DNA of 64,000 nucleotides. Origin: a virus. Below, piece by piece: positions 1 to 9,612 of this stretch. Positions within the stretch are counted from its first letter, which is position 1; each line of letters starts with the position of its first letter. The notes beneath the pieces are model-generated. The model did no database searches and was not told the origin of the DNA. It worked only from the letters and a program-made list of their open reading frames with translations. Where the stretch lies: the IMG/VR virus record IMGVR_UViG_3300046534_001250, positions 18,034-82,033 of that record. One strand, written 5' to 3'. The translations under genes and the position numbers were made by a program.

Positions 1-4
1 CAGT

Positions 5-859
5 ATGGAAGAGAGCTATCTAGTCAGTTATGGCGTAGATATGGACATGGTTATTTGGGTTCGCCCAGATACTATTGAAGAAGCTCTTCAGATGTGTATC
101 GATATTCCAAAGAGCGGCAAGATTGATTACGTAATCTTTGATAGTGTTGATGCTGGTCAGAATGAACGTCAGCAGCGTCGCCAAGTTGGAGAAGCAGATG
201 TGGGAGGTTCGTCGAAAGACATGAACTTCGCTCTCCGTACGCTATCTAAGCTGTGTCATGAATATAAAACTACATATTGGTTCATTAATCAAATCAAGAT
301 GAACCCAGGTGTAATGTTCGGAAGCCCAGAGACAACTCCTGGCGGACTAGCTCTTGGATTCTATGCTTCGTTGCGTTTAAAGATGTTAACTCGGGCAAAG
401 GTCCCAGACCTTCCAGGTGCATCTATGATTAGGTGCAAGGTTGGTAAGACAAAACTCAGTGGCGATGTAGAAGACTTAGTCACTGCCGCAATCATCTGGG
501 GGCAGGGCTACGATGAGACTTACGAGCTAAACGCGCTAGCAACAAAGTATGGTATACTACGTCATAGTGCAGGGCAAACCAAAGTAGCATGGACTAAAGA
601 ACATGAACTTGAACCTATCGATTCGGAAGTTGAACCAGGCAAACAAGCAGGTATCGATTACATTCGGACTAATGATGGTCCGCGTTTTAGATTGCGACAT
701 GCTGTATTGCGGGCCACCGAAACTGGTGGAGCAATGTCTGATGAAGCTGCCCTAGCATTTATCAAGGAGAAATATGGAGATGGAAGAGAAGACTCACCGA
801 CTGATGGAGTCAGTGAGGAAGATACAGAATCAACAGATGACGCAGAAGATTCTGAATGA
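5..859 (+). CDS. recA: RecA recombinase (5'-truncated by window edge)
   Basis: Walker B VIFDSV and RecA signature FINQIKMNPGVMFGSPETTPGGLALGFYASLRL; acidic C-terminal tail; Walker A lies upstream of the window. Confidence 0.93.
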   Translation: MEESYLVSYGVDMDMVIWVRPDTIEEALQMCIDIPKSGKIDYVIFDSVDAGQNERQQRRQVGEADVGGSSKDMNFALRTLSKLCHEYKTTYWFINQIKMNPGVMFGSPETTPGGLALGFYASLRLKMLTRAKVPDLPGASMIRCKVGKTKLSGDVEDLVTAAIIWGQGYDETYELNALATKYGILRHSAGQTKVAWTKEHELEPIDSEVEPGKQAGIDYIRTNDGPRFRLRHAVLRATETGGAMSDEAALAFIKEKYGDGREDSPTDGVSEEDTESTDDAEDSE

Positions 860-947
860 GATTAGAACCCGTACTACGGTATCGGTATTACAGTTAGAAA
901 ACCTAACTAAAACTATTTACGACATAATAGAAGAAGGAACATCATAA
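774..947 (+). CDS. Small 57-aa helical protein overlapping the recA 3' end (not in ORF track)
   Basis: AAGGAG RBS, ATG at 774, MEMEEKTHRLMESVRKIQNQ...DIIEEGTS; its TAA overlaps the rIIA ATG (TAATG at 945-949). Confidence 0.65.
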   Translation: MEMEEKTHRLMESVRKIQNQQMTQKILNEIRTRTTVSVLQLENLTKTIYDIIEEGTS

Positions 948-3163
948 TGAAATTGCAAGGATCAGAAATCAAAGTAGAACGACAAGGAGACATGAAGGAA
1001 ACTTCATTTGGCATTAGCCAGGGAGATGAATCCCACATCCTAGTCATCCTTAGAGATAAGCTCTACTCAGACAAAGCACGAGCAGTATTACGAGAGTACG
1101 GAACCAATGCTCTCGATGCACATATGGAGTCAGGCAAAGGCAAGACTCCGATCAATGTGCGGTTACCTACTAGGTTTAATCCGTTTCTAACTATCCGGGA
1201 TTTTGGTCCCGGACTAAGTTCGGAAGATGCAAACACAATCTATACTCAGTATGGCCGAAGCACAAAGCGTTCAAGCAACAGTGCTATTGGTCAGCTGGGA
1301 CTTGGATGCAAAAGTGCTTTCGCGTATACTCAGCAGTTTACTATCACTAGTTGGCATGACAGCAAGAAGACAATCTACAATGCCTACATCGATGAGACCA
1401 ATAAGGGCAAGCTCGCTAACATGGGTAGCCTAGATTGTAATGCAGGCGAGACTGGTGTTGAAATCAAAATTCCAGTCAAAAGCCAAGACATTGAAGAGTT
1501 CACTACCAAGGCTAAGTCTGTCTATTACTATTTCGAACCTAGGCCTGACATTAATACCACTATCACAGCCCCTGCCTACGCAATCTCTGGCGGATGGTGG
1601 CGGCTACGGAACGAATATAGCGTAGGACCCATGGCTGTTATGGGATCAATCGGATACCCCCTCAAAGTAGAAAGTATGGGGAACGTTCCTCAAGAACTTA
1701 AGGATTTTCTTCAGACAGGTATTGAAATTAGATTTAAGATCGGCGAGTTGGCAATTAGTGCCAACCGTGAAGACCTGGAGTACACGGATCATACGCGAAC
1801 CAATATACTTAAACGTCTTCATCAAGCTTTTAGCGAACTGAAGACAGAGATCACAACTAAGTTTAAAGACTGTACTACACCTTGGGAAGCCCGCAAACTT
1901 TACGCACAGCTGACCGCTAGAAAGCATAGGTCACATATCTATGGTACGACTCGTAGTCGAGATATCCTTGGCGAGTTAACCAGCAAGTTCGCAACCTGGA
2001 CTGATGGAACTCGTGTCGTAGACTTAAAGCCAATTACAATTTCAACTAAAAGAACTACATGGTCTAGCAAAAACGCAATTGTACCTCCAGCAAACTTCAC
2101 TGCTAACTATTTACCAGCTGGATCTGACAGAGTCCACACAAGTTCATATGGTTCATCTATTAAAGTTGGCAATCAATTTACCCTACTAGTTAATGATGTA
2201 ACTACTTTTAACGTAAAGCGCCGTAAAGTCTTGATTGATACGCTACAGAATGACGCTGAACTGTTAATTCTAAAGTACGATGGTTCCGGAGATTTAAACA
2301 CAGAGCTAAAGGCTTGGACTGAAAAGCTTGGAATTGATGGCGTCACGATCTATAAGTTAAGTGATTACGATTACAATATGGTTAAGGGTGGAACAAACAC
2401 TTCTAATATTAAAGAGAAGCACTTTGAATTAGTTACTGGTTGGCACCCAACAAGAAGCCCAAAGAGTAAAAACTGGAAGACTGCTTCACTGGATATCCAA
2501 GCTGGAGAAGGGGTATACATGCCACTCTATAGATACCAACCTGATGTACTCGACTGGACTATGGAAACATTCCAAAAGCAGTTGACTCAGCTGAAAACGC
2601 TGGACAGTACAATTGTTCTTCCAACATTCTATGGAGTCAAACGAGACTCTGTAGCAAAGCTAGGAGCTAAGTGGATTTGTATTGATGCCTGGCTTACAAA
2701 AGAGATTTTAAAAGCCGCTAAGGCATCTCCACTGCTCAAGCAAGTGCCATCTTGGCAGTCCTGGTCGCAACATACAAGCGCTGGCTGGTTCTATCGAAGC
2801 TGGAATAAACAGGCAATAGAAAGATCTACAGAGACTTTTAAGTTACTAATAGGATTGCTTGGTGAAAAGCACGAAATCTGTCAGTTCTATACCGCCTTAC
2901 AGTCTGAGACACTTAAATTCTCAGCATTGAATAACAAAATGACAAATGCTTATTCCTTGTTTACAAACACTATTAGCAACATGCCTGCAGTCCAGGCAGC
3001 TATGAAACCTCGACATGATTTCAAAGTCATGGTAGGGGACATCCATATTAAGTATCCACTATTACGTTCGTTGCCTATGGTGACAACATCAGAAGATCAA
3101 ATCAAAGAATTAGTACGCTATGTTAAACTAATTGACCAAGAGAGTAAAAATAATGACAACTAA
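947..3163 (+). CDS. rIIA: rIIA-like protein (N-terminal GHKL/Hsp90-like ATPase)
   Basis: YSDKARAVLREYGTNALDAH, IRDFGPGL, GQLGLGCKSAFAY, ISANREDLEY; directly upstream of an rIIB-like gene. Confidence 0.88.
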   Translation: MKLQGSEIKVERQGDMKETSFGISQGDESHILVILRDKLYSDKARAVLREYGTNALDAHMESGKGKTPINVRLPTRFNPFLTIRDFGPGLSSEDANTIYTQYGRSTKRSSNSAIGQLGLGCKSAFAYTQQFTITSWHDSKKTIYNAYIDETNKGKLANMGSLDCNAGETGVEIKIPVKSQDIEEFTTKAKSVYYYFEPRPDINTTITAPAYAISGGWWRLRNEYSVGPMAVMGSIGYPLKVESMGNVPQELKDFLQTGIEIRFKIGELAISANREDLEYTDHTRTNILKRLHQAFSELKTEITTKFKDCTTPWEARKLYAQLTARKHRSHIYGTTRSRDILGELTSKFATWTDGTRVVDLKPITISTKRTTWSSKNAIVPPANFTANYLPAGSDRVHTSSYGSSIKVGNQFTLLVNDVTTFNVKRRKVLIDTLQNDAELLILKYDGSGDLNTELKAWTEKLGIDGVTIYKLSDYDYNMVKGGTNTSNIKEKHFELVTGWHPTRSPKSKNWKTASLDIQAGEGVYMPLYRYQPDVLDWTMETFQKQLTQLKTLDSTIVLPTFYGVKRDSVAKLGAKWICIDAWLTKEILKAAKASPLLKQVPSWQSWSQHTSAGWFYRSWNKQAIERSTETFKLLIGLLGEKHEICQFYTALQSETLKFSALNNKMTNAYSLFTNTISNMPAVQAAMKPRHDFKVMVGDIHIKYPLLRSLPMVTTSEDQIKELVRYVKLIDQESKNNDN

Positions 3164-4043
3164 ACCACCAGTAATTCGCACTGAAGATCAAATCACTATC
3201 ATCCTTAGTGGTCGCCCACGCATTGCAGATAGATCACATGGTAACTTTGAGCTTATTGTCGCCGCCCTAAATGAGGGGCGGTACAACGACCTTGAAAACC
3301 TATTTGACATCAAGTCTGCTATTGAGGCATGGTCTGAGGGTAAGTACACTGTCACTGAAGACAGTGTTACGTACGACGACGAACGCCTACCTAACTCGTT
3401 GGAACGTCGGATTCTCGCCTTCTTCGCAGCAGGTGAAGACTTTGCCCCGCTATTGGCTTTCCATAAGCGACTACAGGCTAATCCAAGTCGTAGTTCAGTA
3501 CAGGAACTGTATACTTTCCTTGAGCACAAGAGTATCCCTATCGATGAGAACGGATACTTTTATGCATACAAGGCTATCACTCAGGAGTGGACAGACATCT
3601 ATACCGGTAAGGTAGACAATAGCATTGGAGCCACTCCAAGTATGACTCGTAACCACGTAGACGATAACCGAAACAACCATTGTTCACACGGTTACCATGT
3701 AGGAAGCCTGCACTATGTAAAGTGGTATGGCAACTCCGATAGTCGCTATGTAATCTGTCGTGTTGATCCGGCCGAAGTCGTAAGCGTACCGCTAGATCAT
3801 GACTGCCAGAAGGTTCGTGTCACAGGATACGAAGTTGTAAGTGAATTCACTGGCGCGCTGCCAGAGACTCGCTGGTCTCCTGAAGATGAAAGTAAAGCTG
3901 ACGACGAAACTGAAATCACTTTCGATGACGTCGACGACGACTACGATGAATGGCGCGAAGACTTAGAAGCTGAGAAAGAAGAACTTGAATGTGAAATGGC
4001 ATCGCTGCAGGATCGCCTTCAGGACATCGACGACCAGCTCTAA
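3153..4043 (+). CDS. rIIB: rIIB-like protein
   Basis: FYAYKAI, CSHGYHVGSLHY, VDPAEVVSVPLD...KVRVTGYEVV; acidic tail; ATG 3153 preferred over TTG 3132. Confidence 0.88.
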   Translation: MTTKPPVIRTEDQITIILSGRPRIADRSHGNFELIVAALNEGRYNDLENLFDIKSAIEAWSEGKYTVTEDSVTYDDERLPNSLERRILAFFAAGEDFAPLLAFHKRLQANPSRSSVQELYTFLEHKSIPIDENGYFYAYKAITQEWTDIYTGKVDNSIGATPSMTRNHVDDNRNNHCSHGYHVGSLHYVKWYGNSDSRYVICRVDPAEVVSVPLDHDCQKVRVTGYEVVSEFTGALPETRWSPEDESKADDETEITFDDVDDDYDEWREDLEAEKEELECEMASLQDRLQDIDDQL

Positions 4044-4063
4044 TCTTAGATTAGACTTAATTT

Positions 4064-4094
4064 AGAGGCACCTCATGGGGTGCCTCTTACTTTT
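4064..4094 (+). terminator. Rho-independent terminator after rIIB
   Basis: Hairpin AGAGGCACC-tcatgg-GGTGCCTCT followed by TACTTTT. Confidence 0.75.
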
Positions 4095-4103
4095 GGAGAA
4101 TGA

Positions 4104-4331
4104 ATGTTAGTAGAAGCTAAGCTGCCCAGGAGCGTGCAACAAGATATCTTAGATGCCTTCCAGCGCTTTTTTGGAGGGCCAACAGATTACATGGCTTTGA
4201 TAGAAATCAAACTGGTAATCATAGAAGTACTTGTAGATGCTGCTATTGAAGCAGAAATAGACTTCATACCCGTAGTTGAGGTCACGGCTGAAGGCGACCG
4301 TGTAACAGTTAAGATACTAAAAGAAGAGTAG
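4104..4331 (+). CDS. Hypothetical protein
   Basis: 75-aa ORF with GGAGA RBS. Confidence 0.6.
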   Translation: MLVEAKLPRSVQQDILDAFQRFFGGPTDYMALIEIKLVIIEVLVDAAIEAEIDFIPVVEVTAEGDRVTVKILKEE

Positions 4332-4351
4332 ATTTTTAACTAAAAGATATG

Positions 4352-4369
4352 ATGTGATACTCCTAAGTA
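4352..4369 (+). promoter_or_regulatory. Putative phage promoter motif, copy 1 (ATGTGATACTCCTAAGTA)
   Basis: 15/18 identical to the - strand motif at 9613-9630; extended -10-like TGnxATACT core; immediately followed by RBS AGAGGAG and ATG 4385. Confidence 0.55.
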
Positions 4370-4384
4370 TAAAGAGGAGCTACC

Positions 4385-4593
4385 ATGCAGACAGAACGTA
4401 TACGAACCACCTTTACAAAGGCAGGACTTCTTGGGCAGAGCAAGAAATCCTAGGCGTTCCTCATGGCTTCCATATCGTACGGGCCCGCGCTCTAATAACT
4501 AGTGGCACGGGAACTACGTTAGCCCTGTCAGTAAGGGAATCAAGTGTCCCTACTGAGGATACAGATATAGTTCTGCAATATGGACTGACTTAA
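4385..4593 (+). pseudogene. Frameshifted small beta-rich gene (pseudogene or assembly indel)
   Basis: Strong RBS and ATG give MQTERIRTTFTKAG.. which stops after 22 codons; adding one base near GCAGGACTTCT joins it to TSWAEQEILGVPHGF...DIVLQYGLT*. Confidence 0.5.
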
Positions 4594-4611
4594 ACACGAC
4601 AAATAACCGCA

Positions 4612-4647
4612 CAAAAAAGCCACCCTTTGAGGTGGCTTTACTTTTGA
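4612..4647. terminator. Bidirectional intrinsic terminator upstream of dnaE-N
   Basis: AAAAAAGCCACC-ctttga-GGTGGCTTTACTTTT. Confidence 0.75.
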
Positions 4648-4671
4648 ACACAGATAAACATAAGAGGAAAC

Positions 4672-6003
4672 ATGGAACCAGAACAGAATCAATTTGTACA
4701 TCTTCACGTGCACACCGAGTACTCAACTTTGGATGGCATCAATCGAGTTGATCAAACACCAGATCATATCAAAAGCATGGGGCAAGAAGCTGTAGCTATT
4801 ACAGACCATGGTAACGTCGCTGGCACTTACGACTTCTTCAAAGAATGTAGAAAGTCAGACATCAAACCAATCCTTGGCATGGAAGCTTATTACACAGTAA
4901 ATGATAAATCAGCGCGTGAAAAAGACGAAGATGGAAAGAACTACTACCATTTAATCCTTCTTGCTAAGAACAACATAGGGTTAAAGAACCTCTATGCTAT
5001 ATCTACTAAAGCTTTTACTGAAGGTATGTATTATAAGCCTAGGGCAGATGATGCTTTGCTGGCCGAACATTCCGAAGGAATTATAGCCACAAGTGCCTGC
5101 CTTGGGAGCAGGGCTTCCCAGCTTATCTTAGCTGGTAGGAACGATGAAGCTGAACGACTTATCCTGCATCACGCCGCTATCTTTAAAGGCAACTTCTTGA
5201 TCGAGATCCAACTACACGACGATGATCAACAGCTAGTTAATGCAGTACTAATCCTTATAGCCAATAAGCACGGCCTGCCAATCATACTAAGTAATGACTG
5301 CCACTACCAACATGAAGTCGACAAAGAACTACACGAGCAGGCTCTCTGTATGTCAACGAATATGATTATGTCAGATCCTCCCTGGAATCCAGAGTCTAAA
5401 GGAACTGCGACAGGCAAGACTCGATTCTCTTTCGGAGACATTGACGTCCACGTAGCCTCGACTGAATGGATGTGGAAGAAGGCAAAAGCTCTAGGCATCC
5501 CATTAGAAGCTATTACAAACACTAGGTACGTAGCCGACATGATTGACGACTCGTCTTACTTCATGGACAAGAAAAACCGCTACCCGTCATTCCCTGGACT
5601 CAGTGGGCTCCCACCATGGGAGGCTCTTGAGAACTTATCAAAGCAAAAGCTTATGGAAAAAATGGGAGGTATGCCGCCGGAAGAATACCGGGATAGAATG
5701 AATAGCGAACTAGCAGTTATTAAGAAGATGGGCTTCTACGACTATCTTCTTATCGTTGAAGACTTCTGTACTGGTGCTCGCTCTGAGGATGTATGGATTG
5801 GCCCAGGACGAGGAAGCGCAGCAGGATCATTAGTAGCTTATGCGCTAGGGATCACGCAAGTAGATCCTATCAAGTACGGCTTAATCTTTGAAAGATGGCT
5901 TAATTACGGGCGTGCCGCAACCCCGCTTATCTTTGATAGGCAAATGATTAAACAAATAAAGGAAACACATGTACCAAAAACAACCTGTGGCCACAGTCAC
6001 TGA
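4672..6003 (+). CDS. dnaE: Family-C DNA polymerase (DnaE), N-terminal gene: PHP domain plus GS/Arg part of the palm
   Basis: HLHVHTEYSTLDG, AITDHG, GMEAY, YHL, SACLG, NDCHY; GPGRGSAAGSLVAYALGIT..DP..FERWLNYGR; ends without PDIDIDF. Confidence 0.93.
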   Translation: MEPEQNQFVHLHVHTEYSTLDGINRVDQTPDHIKSMGQEAVAITDHGNVAGTYDFFKECRKSDIKPILGMEAYYTVNDKSAREKDEDGKNYYHLILLAKNNIGLKNLYAISTKAFTEGMYYKPRADDALLAEHSEGIIATSACLGSRASQLILAGRNDEAERLILHHAAIFKGNFLIEIQLHDDDQQLVNAVLILIANKHGLPIILSNDCHYQHEVDKELHEQALCMSTNMIMSDPPWNPESKGTATGKTRFSFGDIDVHVASTEWMWKKAKALGIPLEAITNTRYVADMIDDSSYFMDKKNRYPSFPGLSGLPPWEALENLSKQKLMEKMGGMPPEEYRDRMNSELAVIKKMGFYDYLLIVEDFCTGARSEDVWIGPGRGSAAGSLVAYALGITQVDPIKYGLIFERWLNYGRAATPLIFDRQMIKQIKETHVPKTTCGHSH

Positions 6004-6199
6004 ACCACAAATAGATATGATGTATCGTCATTTTAGAAATGCGATGCGTAAAAACTCTTGGCCAATTCCAAACCGCACAGAGTTCAGACAAATCTGTGTC
6101 ATCTCGTTAGATCCAGAGGTTGAAGTCAAAGACGGCAAAACCGCTGTTGATAGCATCATCGCCGACTACGAACTTATATTAGGCGGCTACGATGGATGA
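5969..6199 (+). CDS. Hypothetical protein
   Basis: 76-aa ORF, AAGGA RBS, overlaps dnaE-N end and the next gene. Confidence 0.6.
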   Translation: MYQKQPVATVTEPQIDMMYRHFRNAMRKNSWPIPNRTEFRQICVISLDPEVEVKDGKTAVDSIIADYELILGGYDG

Positions 6200-6470
6200 C
6201 ATGCTAGGCAAGCCTGTTAAAGTAGGCGACTACTTTTTACTGGCAGTAGGTAATCCTCGATATGGAGGTATCGTTGCCTCTGTAGGCAAAGTAGTAGGCA
6301 GCACGGAAAAGATGTGGACGTGTGCTCGTATTATAGATATGCGCAAAGACACATTGAAGCTTAAGGTCTCTAACTGTAAGGCTAAGAAGTTCTTAGTTGT
6401 CCCAAGTACCGTCATCGATCAGTGGCCAGAAGCAAAAAAGCTTCTGGATTCAAAAGATTTAAAAGTTTAA
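6192..6470 (+). CDS. Small phage protein, SH3/KOW-like N-terminus
   Basis: DMLGKPVKVGDYF...VGKVVG pattern common in small phage proteins. Confidence 0.6.
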   Translation: MDDMLGKPVKVGDYFLLAVGNPRYGGIVASVGKVVGSTEKMWTCARIIDMRKDTLKLKVSNCKAKKFLVVPSTVIDQWPEAKKLLDSKDLKV

Positions 6471-6474
6471 AAAC

Positions 6475-6496
6475 CAGGGCTGTGAAAGCAGCCCTG
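6475..6496. terminator. Hairpin between convergent genes
   Basis: CAGGGCTGT-GAAA-GCAGCCCTG, with an upstream A run that gives a U tract on the - strand. Confidence 0.65.
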
Positions 6497-7360
6497 TTAT
6501 CCTAACTTACGCCTGTTGATCCAAGCTCGCTTACCGGCTTCGACACGCCGCTTATCAATTTCTGGGCCGAATTCGAAACTGCCCCCAACATCTTCTATAT
6601 TATCTGGAGCCGATAGAAATACTTCCATGTCTAAGGCATACTTGTTTAGCCTGGCAATATCATTGTTTAATACATTTCCGACATGTATCTCAGAAAGCTG
6701 CTCGATTACTCCAAGAGCACCTTTCTTCCACTTGCCATAAGTACGATCCTCTACGCGGTAAGGACTGGCCCCGATCGCATATAGCCTCGTGCATGTTTGG
6801 CGAGCTCTTTCAGGCAACGGTGGGTAAACAGCAACGCCACCGCCATCCATGTATCTCCAACCTTCTACAGGCTCATGATAAGGCAGGATGGCACTACTGC
6901 GCCCAATCCACATCAGTTGATCATCGATACTAAGCTCATCAATTCGAATTAACTTGGCCCCAGGAAGATATTCAGGATCGATCCCACTAGGCGCCCAACT
7001 ACTCCTGTCTGTAACCAATACCCAGCATTCTACCACGCAGGGATTTTCTTCTAAGTAGGGACGTAGTCGCCGCATAAAGACATTAAGACTCTTCCACCCA
7101 TTTAAGGGGTTGATGTCGTTAACTCTCTGGACATCTCGCTCCTTAACGATATTGTTACTAAATTCTTCCAGCGCACTCATGGCATTTGCAGCAGCAAAAC
7201 GAGCAGCAGTAGCTCCAATACTATTGCCAACAAATCCGTCAGGATGCTTTCCAGTGATAGCCAAGGCTTCATCAATAGCGCCCTGAATCTGCGGAAGCTC
7301 ACTTCTTCCTCTGGCTCCACCACCACTAATTATAAACCATACGTTAGGGCGCTTCATCAT
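6497..7360 (-). CDS. Patatin-like phospholipase
   Basis: SGGGARG oxyanion loop, GNSIG nucleophile elbow and YMDGG catalytic Asp, all intact. Confidence 0.88.
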   Translation of the reverse strand: MMKRPNVWFIISGGGARGRSELPQIQGAIDEALAITGKHPDGFVGNSIGATAARFAAANAMSALEEFSNNIVKERDVQRVNDINPLNGWKSLNVFMRRLRPYLEENPCVVECWVLVTDRSSWAPSGIDPEYLPGAKLIRIDELSIDDQLMWIGRSSAILPYHEPVEGWRYMDGGGVAVYPPLPERARQTCTRLYAIGASPYRVEDRTYGKWKKGALGVIEQLSEIHVGNVLNNDIARLNKYALDMEVFLSAPDNIEDVGGSFEFGPEIDKRRVEAGKRAWINRRKLG

Positions 7361-8232
7361 TATGGAGCCCAGGGAGCAAGTTTCGATAACAAATACATTT
7401 GAATCGTTACGCCTTCGGCAACCGGCACATCTAACCAGGCAAAATCAACTGAAGAGCTATCTGCTACAGCTTCGTGCAGAGTTCTTGAACCACTTGTCAA
7501 GAAAGCAGAATCAGCACCTTTTAACGAAACTAAATAAGCTGTGCCACCAGTTGAGGGGTCTGCAGAGTTGTTGAGTGCCAAGATTGCACTGCCAATAACA
7601 GCTGAAAGCTCATCAATGACATTTTGTCTACGCCGACGACCAGCAGCAATACTAGGACCTGCTGCTGAAAGAGAACCAGGAGTCGCAGCAGCAGTGTTGA
7701 AGCGTTCAGCATATTCAAGCCAAGACTCACTACTAGTCTTAAGCAAAGGAGAAGCAAGAGTAACGTAGGGTTTAAATCTATACTTAGTTGCACAAACATT
7801 ACCAGCAGTATCTAGCCACTGAATGGTCATAAGTCTACAGTAGGGGCCGACACTATTAGTCTGAGCACTCGGAGCTGGCCAGTAAGTCGATAGCTCTTTT
7901 ATCACCGTATCTGCAGAGCTATTAATGAGTTCAGTTCTAACCTGGTGACCGTACTCAAAAACTTCAGTTCGATCAAGCCTGGTCATTAAGCCAGACTTGT
8001 AATTAAAAGCAGTAAGCGGTCCCCAAAGACTATCAGCAGGAAGAAGAGCCAACAACCTAGCAGGTGCATCTTCAACGTACCATCCATTCTTGACAATAAG
8101 CTCTTCTAAGTCAGTATCCGTACTGAAAACCTCTAATGTTTGATTGTCACTTTGAGACATAGTTGCGCCTGTAGCAGCAACCCAGTTAAAGAGTTCAGCG
8201 GACTTGTATCCATAATGATGTATTAAGCTCAT
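7360..8232 (-). CDS. Hypothetical protein (patatin cassette)
   Basis: ORF coupled at both ends (ATGA at 8229-8232, TAATG at 7360). Confidence 0.7.
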   Translation of the reverse strand: MSLIHHYGYKSAELFNWVAATGATMSQSDNQTLEVFSTDTDLEELIVKNGWYVEDAPARLLALLPADSLWGPLTAFNYKSGLMTRLDRTEVFEYGHQVRTELINSSADTVIKELSTYWPAPSAQTNSVGPYCRLMTIQWLDTAGNVCATKYRFKPYVTLASPLLKTSSESWLEYAERFNTAAATPGSLSAAGPSIAAGRRRRQNVIDELSAVIGSAILALNNSADPSTGGTAYLVSLKGADSAFLTSGSRTLHEAVADSSSVDFAWLDVPVAEGVTIQMYLLSKLAPWAP

Positions 8233-9188
8233 AGCGTTGCTCCCCAAGGACTAGACTTTGTAGCAAGTTTCTTTAAGCCAAGTAAGACTTTTCTGCCAGA
8301 CACACCGGTAGTATGAGCGCATAAGCCAGCATAAGTGTGTTGCCCACGACTACTAGCTGGAGGGATATTTGTAGTCAAAAGACCAGAAGTGATAGTTGCA
8401 TCTTCTACACCAGCTTCTCTAATCGCCCAGTGAATCCTTACGCCACCATCAACAAGAAATCCAAGTTCATAATTTTTGCCCTTTACAAACGCAACACCTG
8501 TATCAACAACAGTTGAGGTAGCGCTTCCATCATTATGAATTACCTCCCAGGTTGTGCCCTGGCTTCCATCAGAAGACAATCTAATAGAAACATGAGGCTC
8601 GCTTGTACTTGACTTTGGATCAGCAAGCTGAAGACCTTCAAAGCCACTGCTCGTTAAGGCGTTGACTTTCCATCTCAAAACCAAACCAAGCCTGCACCAG
8701 GTCAAGACTGCATCTGACTCTGTACCTACTATCCAAGAGACCCCATGCGCTCCGTCAGCAGCAAAGCCGTTGTAGGTCTCTCTAGTAGTAGCAATCCCAT
8801 CAACAGCCGCGCTACATGCAAGGTCTAACATTGTGCCAACACCGACTACTTGAAGATAGTCTGTTGAGCTAGAAACGTTGCTATGATTAGGGTTTGAAGT
8901 GTTTGAGAAAGCAGTACTTCTGTTTAAGACAAATGCTGCTCCGTACGAGTACTGGTTTATTATGCTGAAGACATCATTGCTTACGCCGCCGCCACCACCG
9001 CCAACAGGTTCATAAAGAGCATCAGCTTCAGCTTCAGTTAGTAGATTGGCAGCAGTAATCTGAGTATCTGCAATACCAGGAGCCAAGGCATTAACTCGTG
9101 CATCAACTTCTGTTTCATCTGCACTGATAGCTTGGACCCCGGCTTCAGTCATGCCGCTAGTTGCTACAGTTTTAGATAAACCAGCCAT
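8229..9188 (-). CDS. Putative virion fibre/adhesin with C-terminal lectin-like beta-sandwich
   Basis: Helical N-terminus, poly-Gly linker (GGGGGG), beta-rich C-terminal domain with TWEVIHNDGSATSTVVDTGV similar to the C-terminus of 33019-35430. Confidence 0.55.
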   Translation of the reverse strand: MAGLSKTVATSGMTEAGVQAISADETEVDARVNALAPGIADTQITAANLLTEAEADALYEPVGGGGGGVSNDVFSIINQYSYGAAFVLNRSTAFSNTSNPNHSNVSSSTDYLQVVGVGTMLDLACSAAVDGIATTRETYNGFAADGAHGVSWIVGTESDAVLTWCRLGLVLRWKVNALTSSGFEGLQLADPKSSTSEPHVSIRLSSDGSQGTTWEVIHNDGSATSTVVDTGVAFVKGKNYELGFLVDGGVRIHWAIREAGVEDATITSGLLTTNIPPASSRGQHTYAGLCAHTTGVSGRKVLLGLKKLATKSSPWGATL

Positions 9189-9571
9189 TACCACACCACC
9201 AGCTGAATAACAGCTGGAGTAGCCAGCGTCATAGCAGTAATCTCAATAGAAGAAACACTGACTCCATCTACAAGTTCGATTAGAGCGCCTATGTCAGTGA
9301 ACGTAGCGAACGCAGGGTCTCCGCTCCAGATGTCAGTACTATCAACATGGTTTGTAGACCGACCGAAATCAGTTTGGATGTGCCTGGAAATAAGGTTATT
9401 AACCTTGTAACTAACACTATCAGTAGCAGATGTAGTTATCATTTTTAGCCCACGAGCAGGCCTGCCTAACACATCATCGATATTAATACGATCGCCGACA
9501 GCAACGTCAGTGATCACAACCGTACGTTGTGCACTAGGTACAGAACGCGGGACTTTGTTTACAGTAGCCAT
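9188..9571 (-). CDS. Small beta-rich protein, first gene of the inverted cassette
   Basis: GGAGA RBS before ATG 9571 (MATVNKVP..); TAATG coupling at 9188. Confidence 0.7.
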   Translation of the reverse strand: MATVNKVPRSVPSAQRTVVITDVAVGDRINIDDVLGRPARGLKMITTSATDSVSYKVNNLISRHIQTDFGRSTNHVDSTDIWSGDPAFATFTDIGALIELVDGVSVSSIEITAMTLATPAVIQLVVW

Positions 9572-9612
9572 TGTTATCTCCAGGTAGATGATGCCGGAGA
9601 GCACCATTCAAT

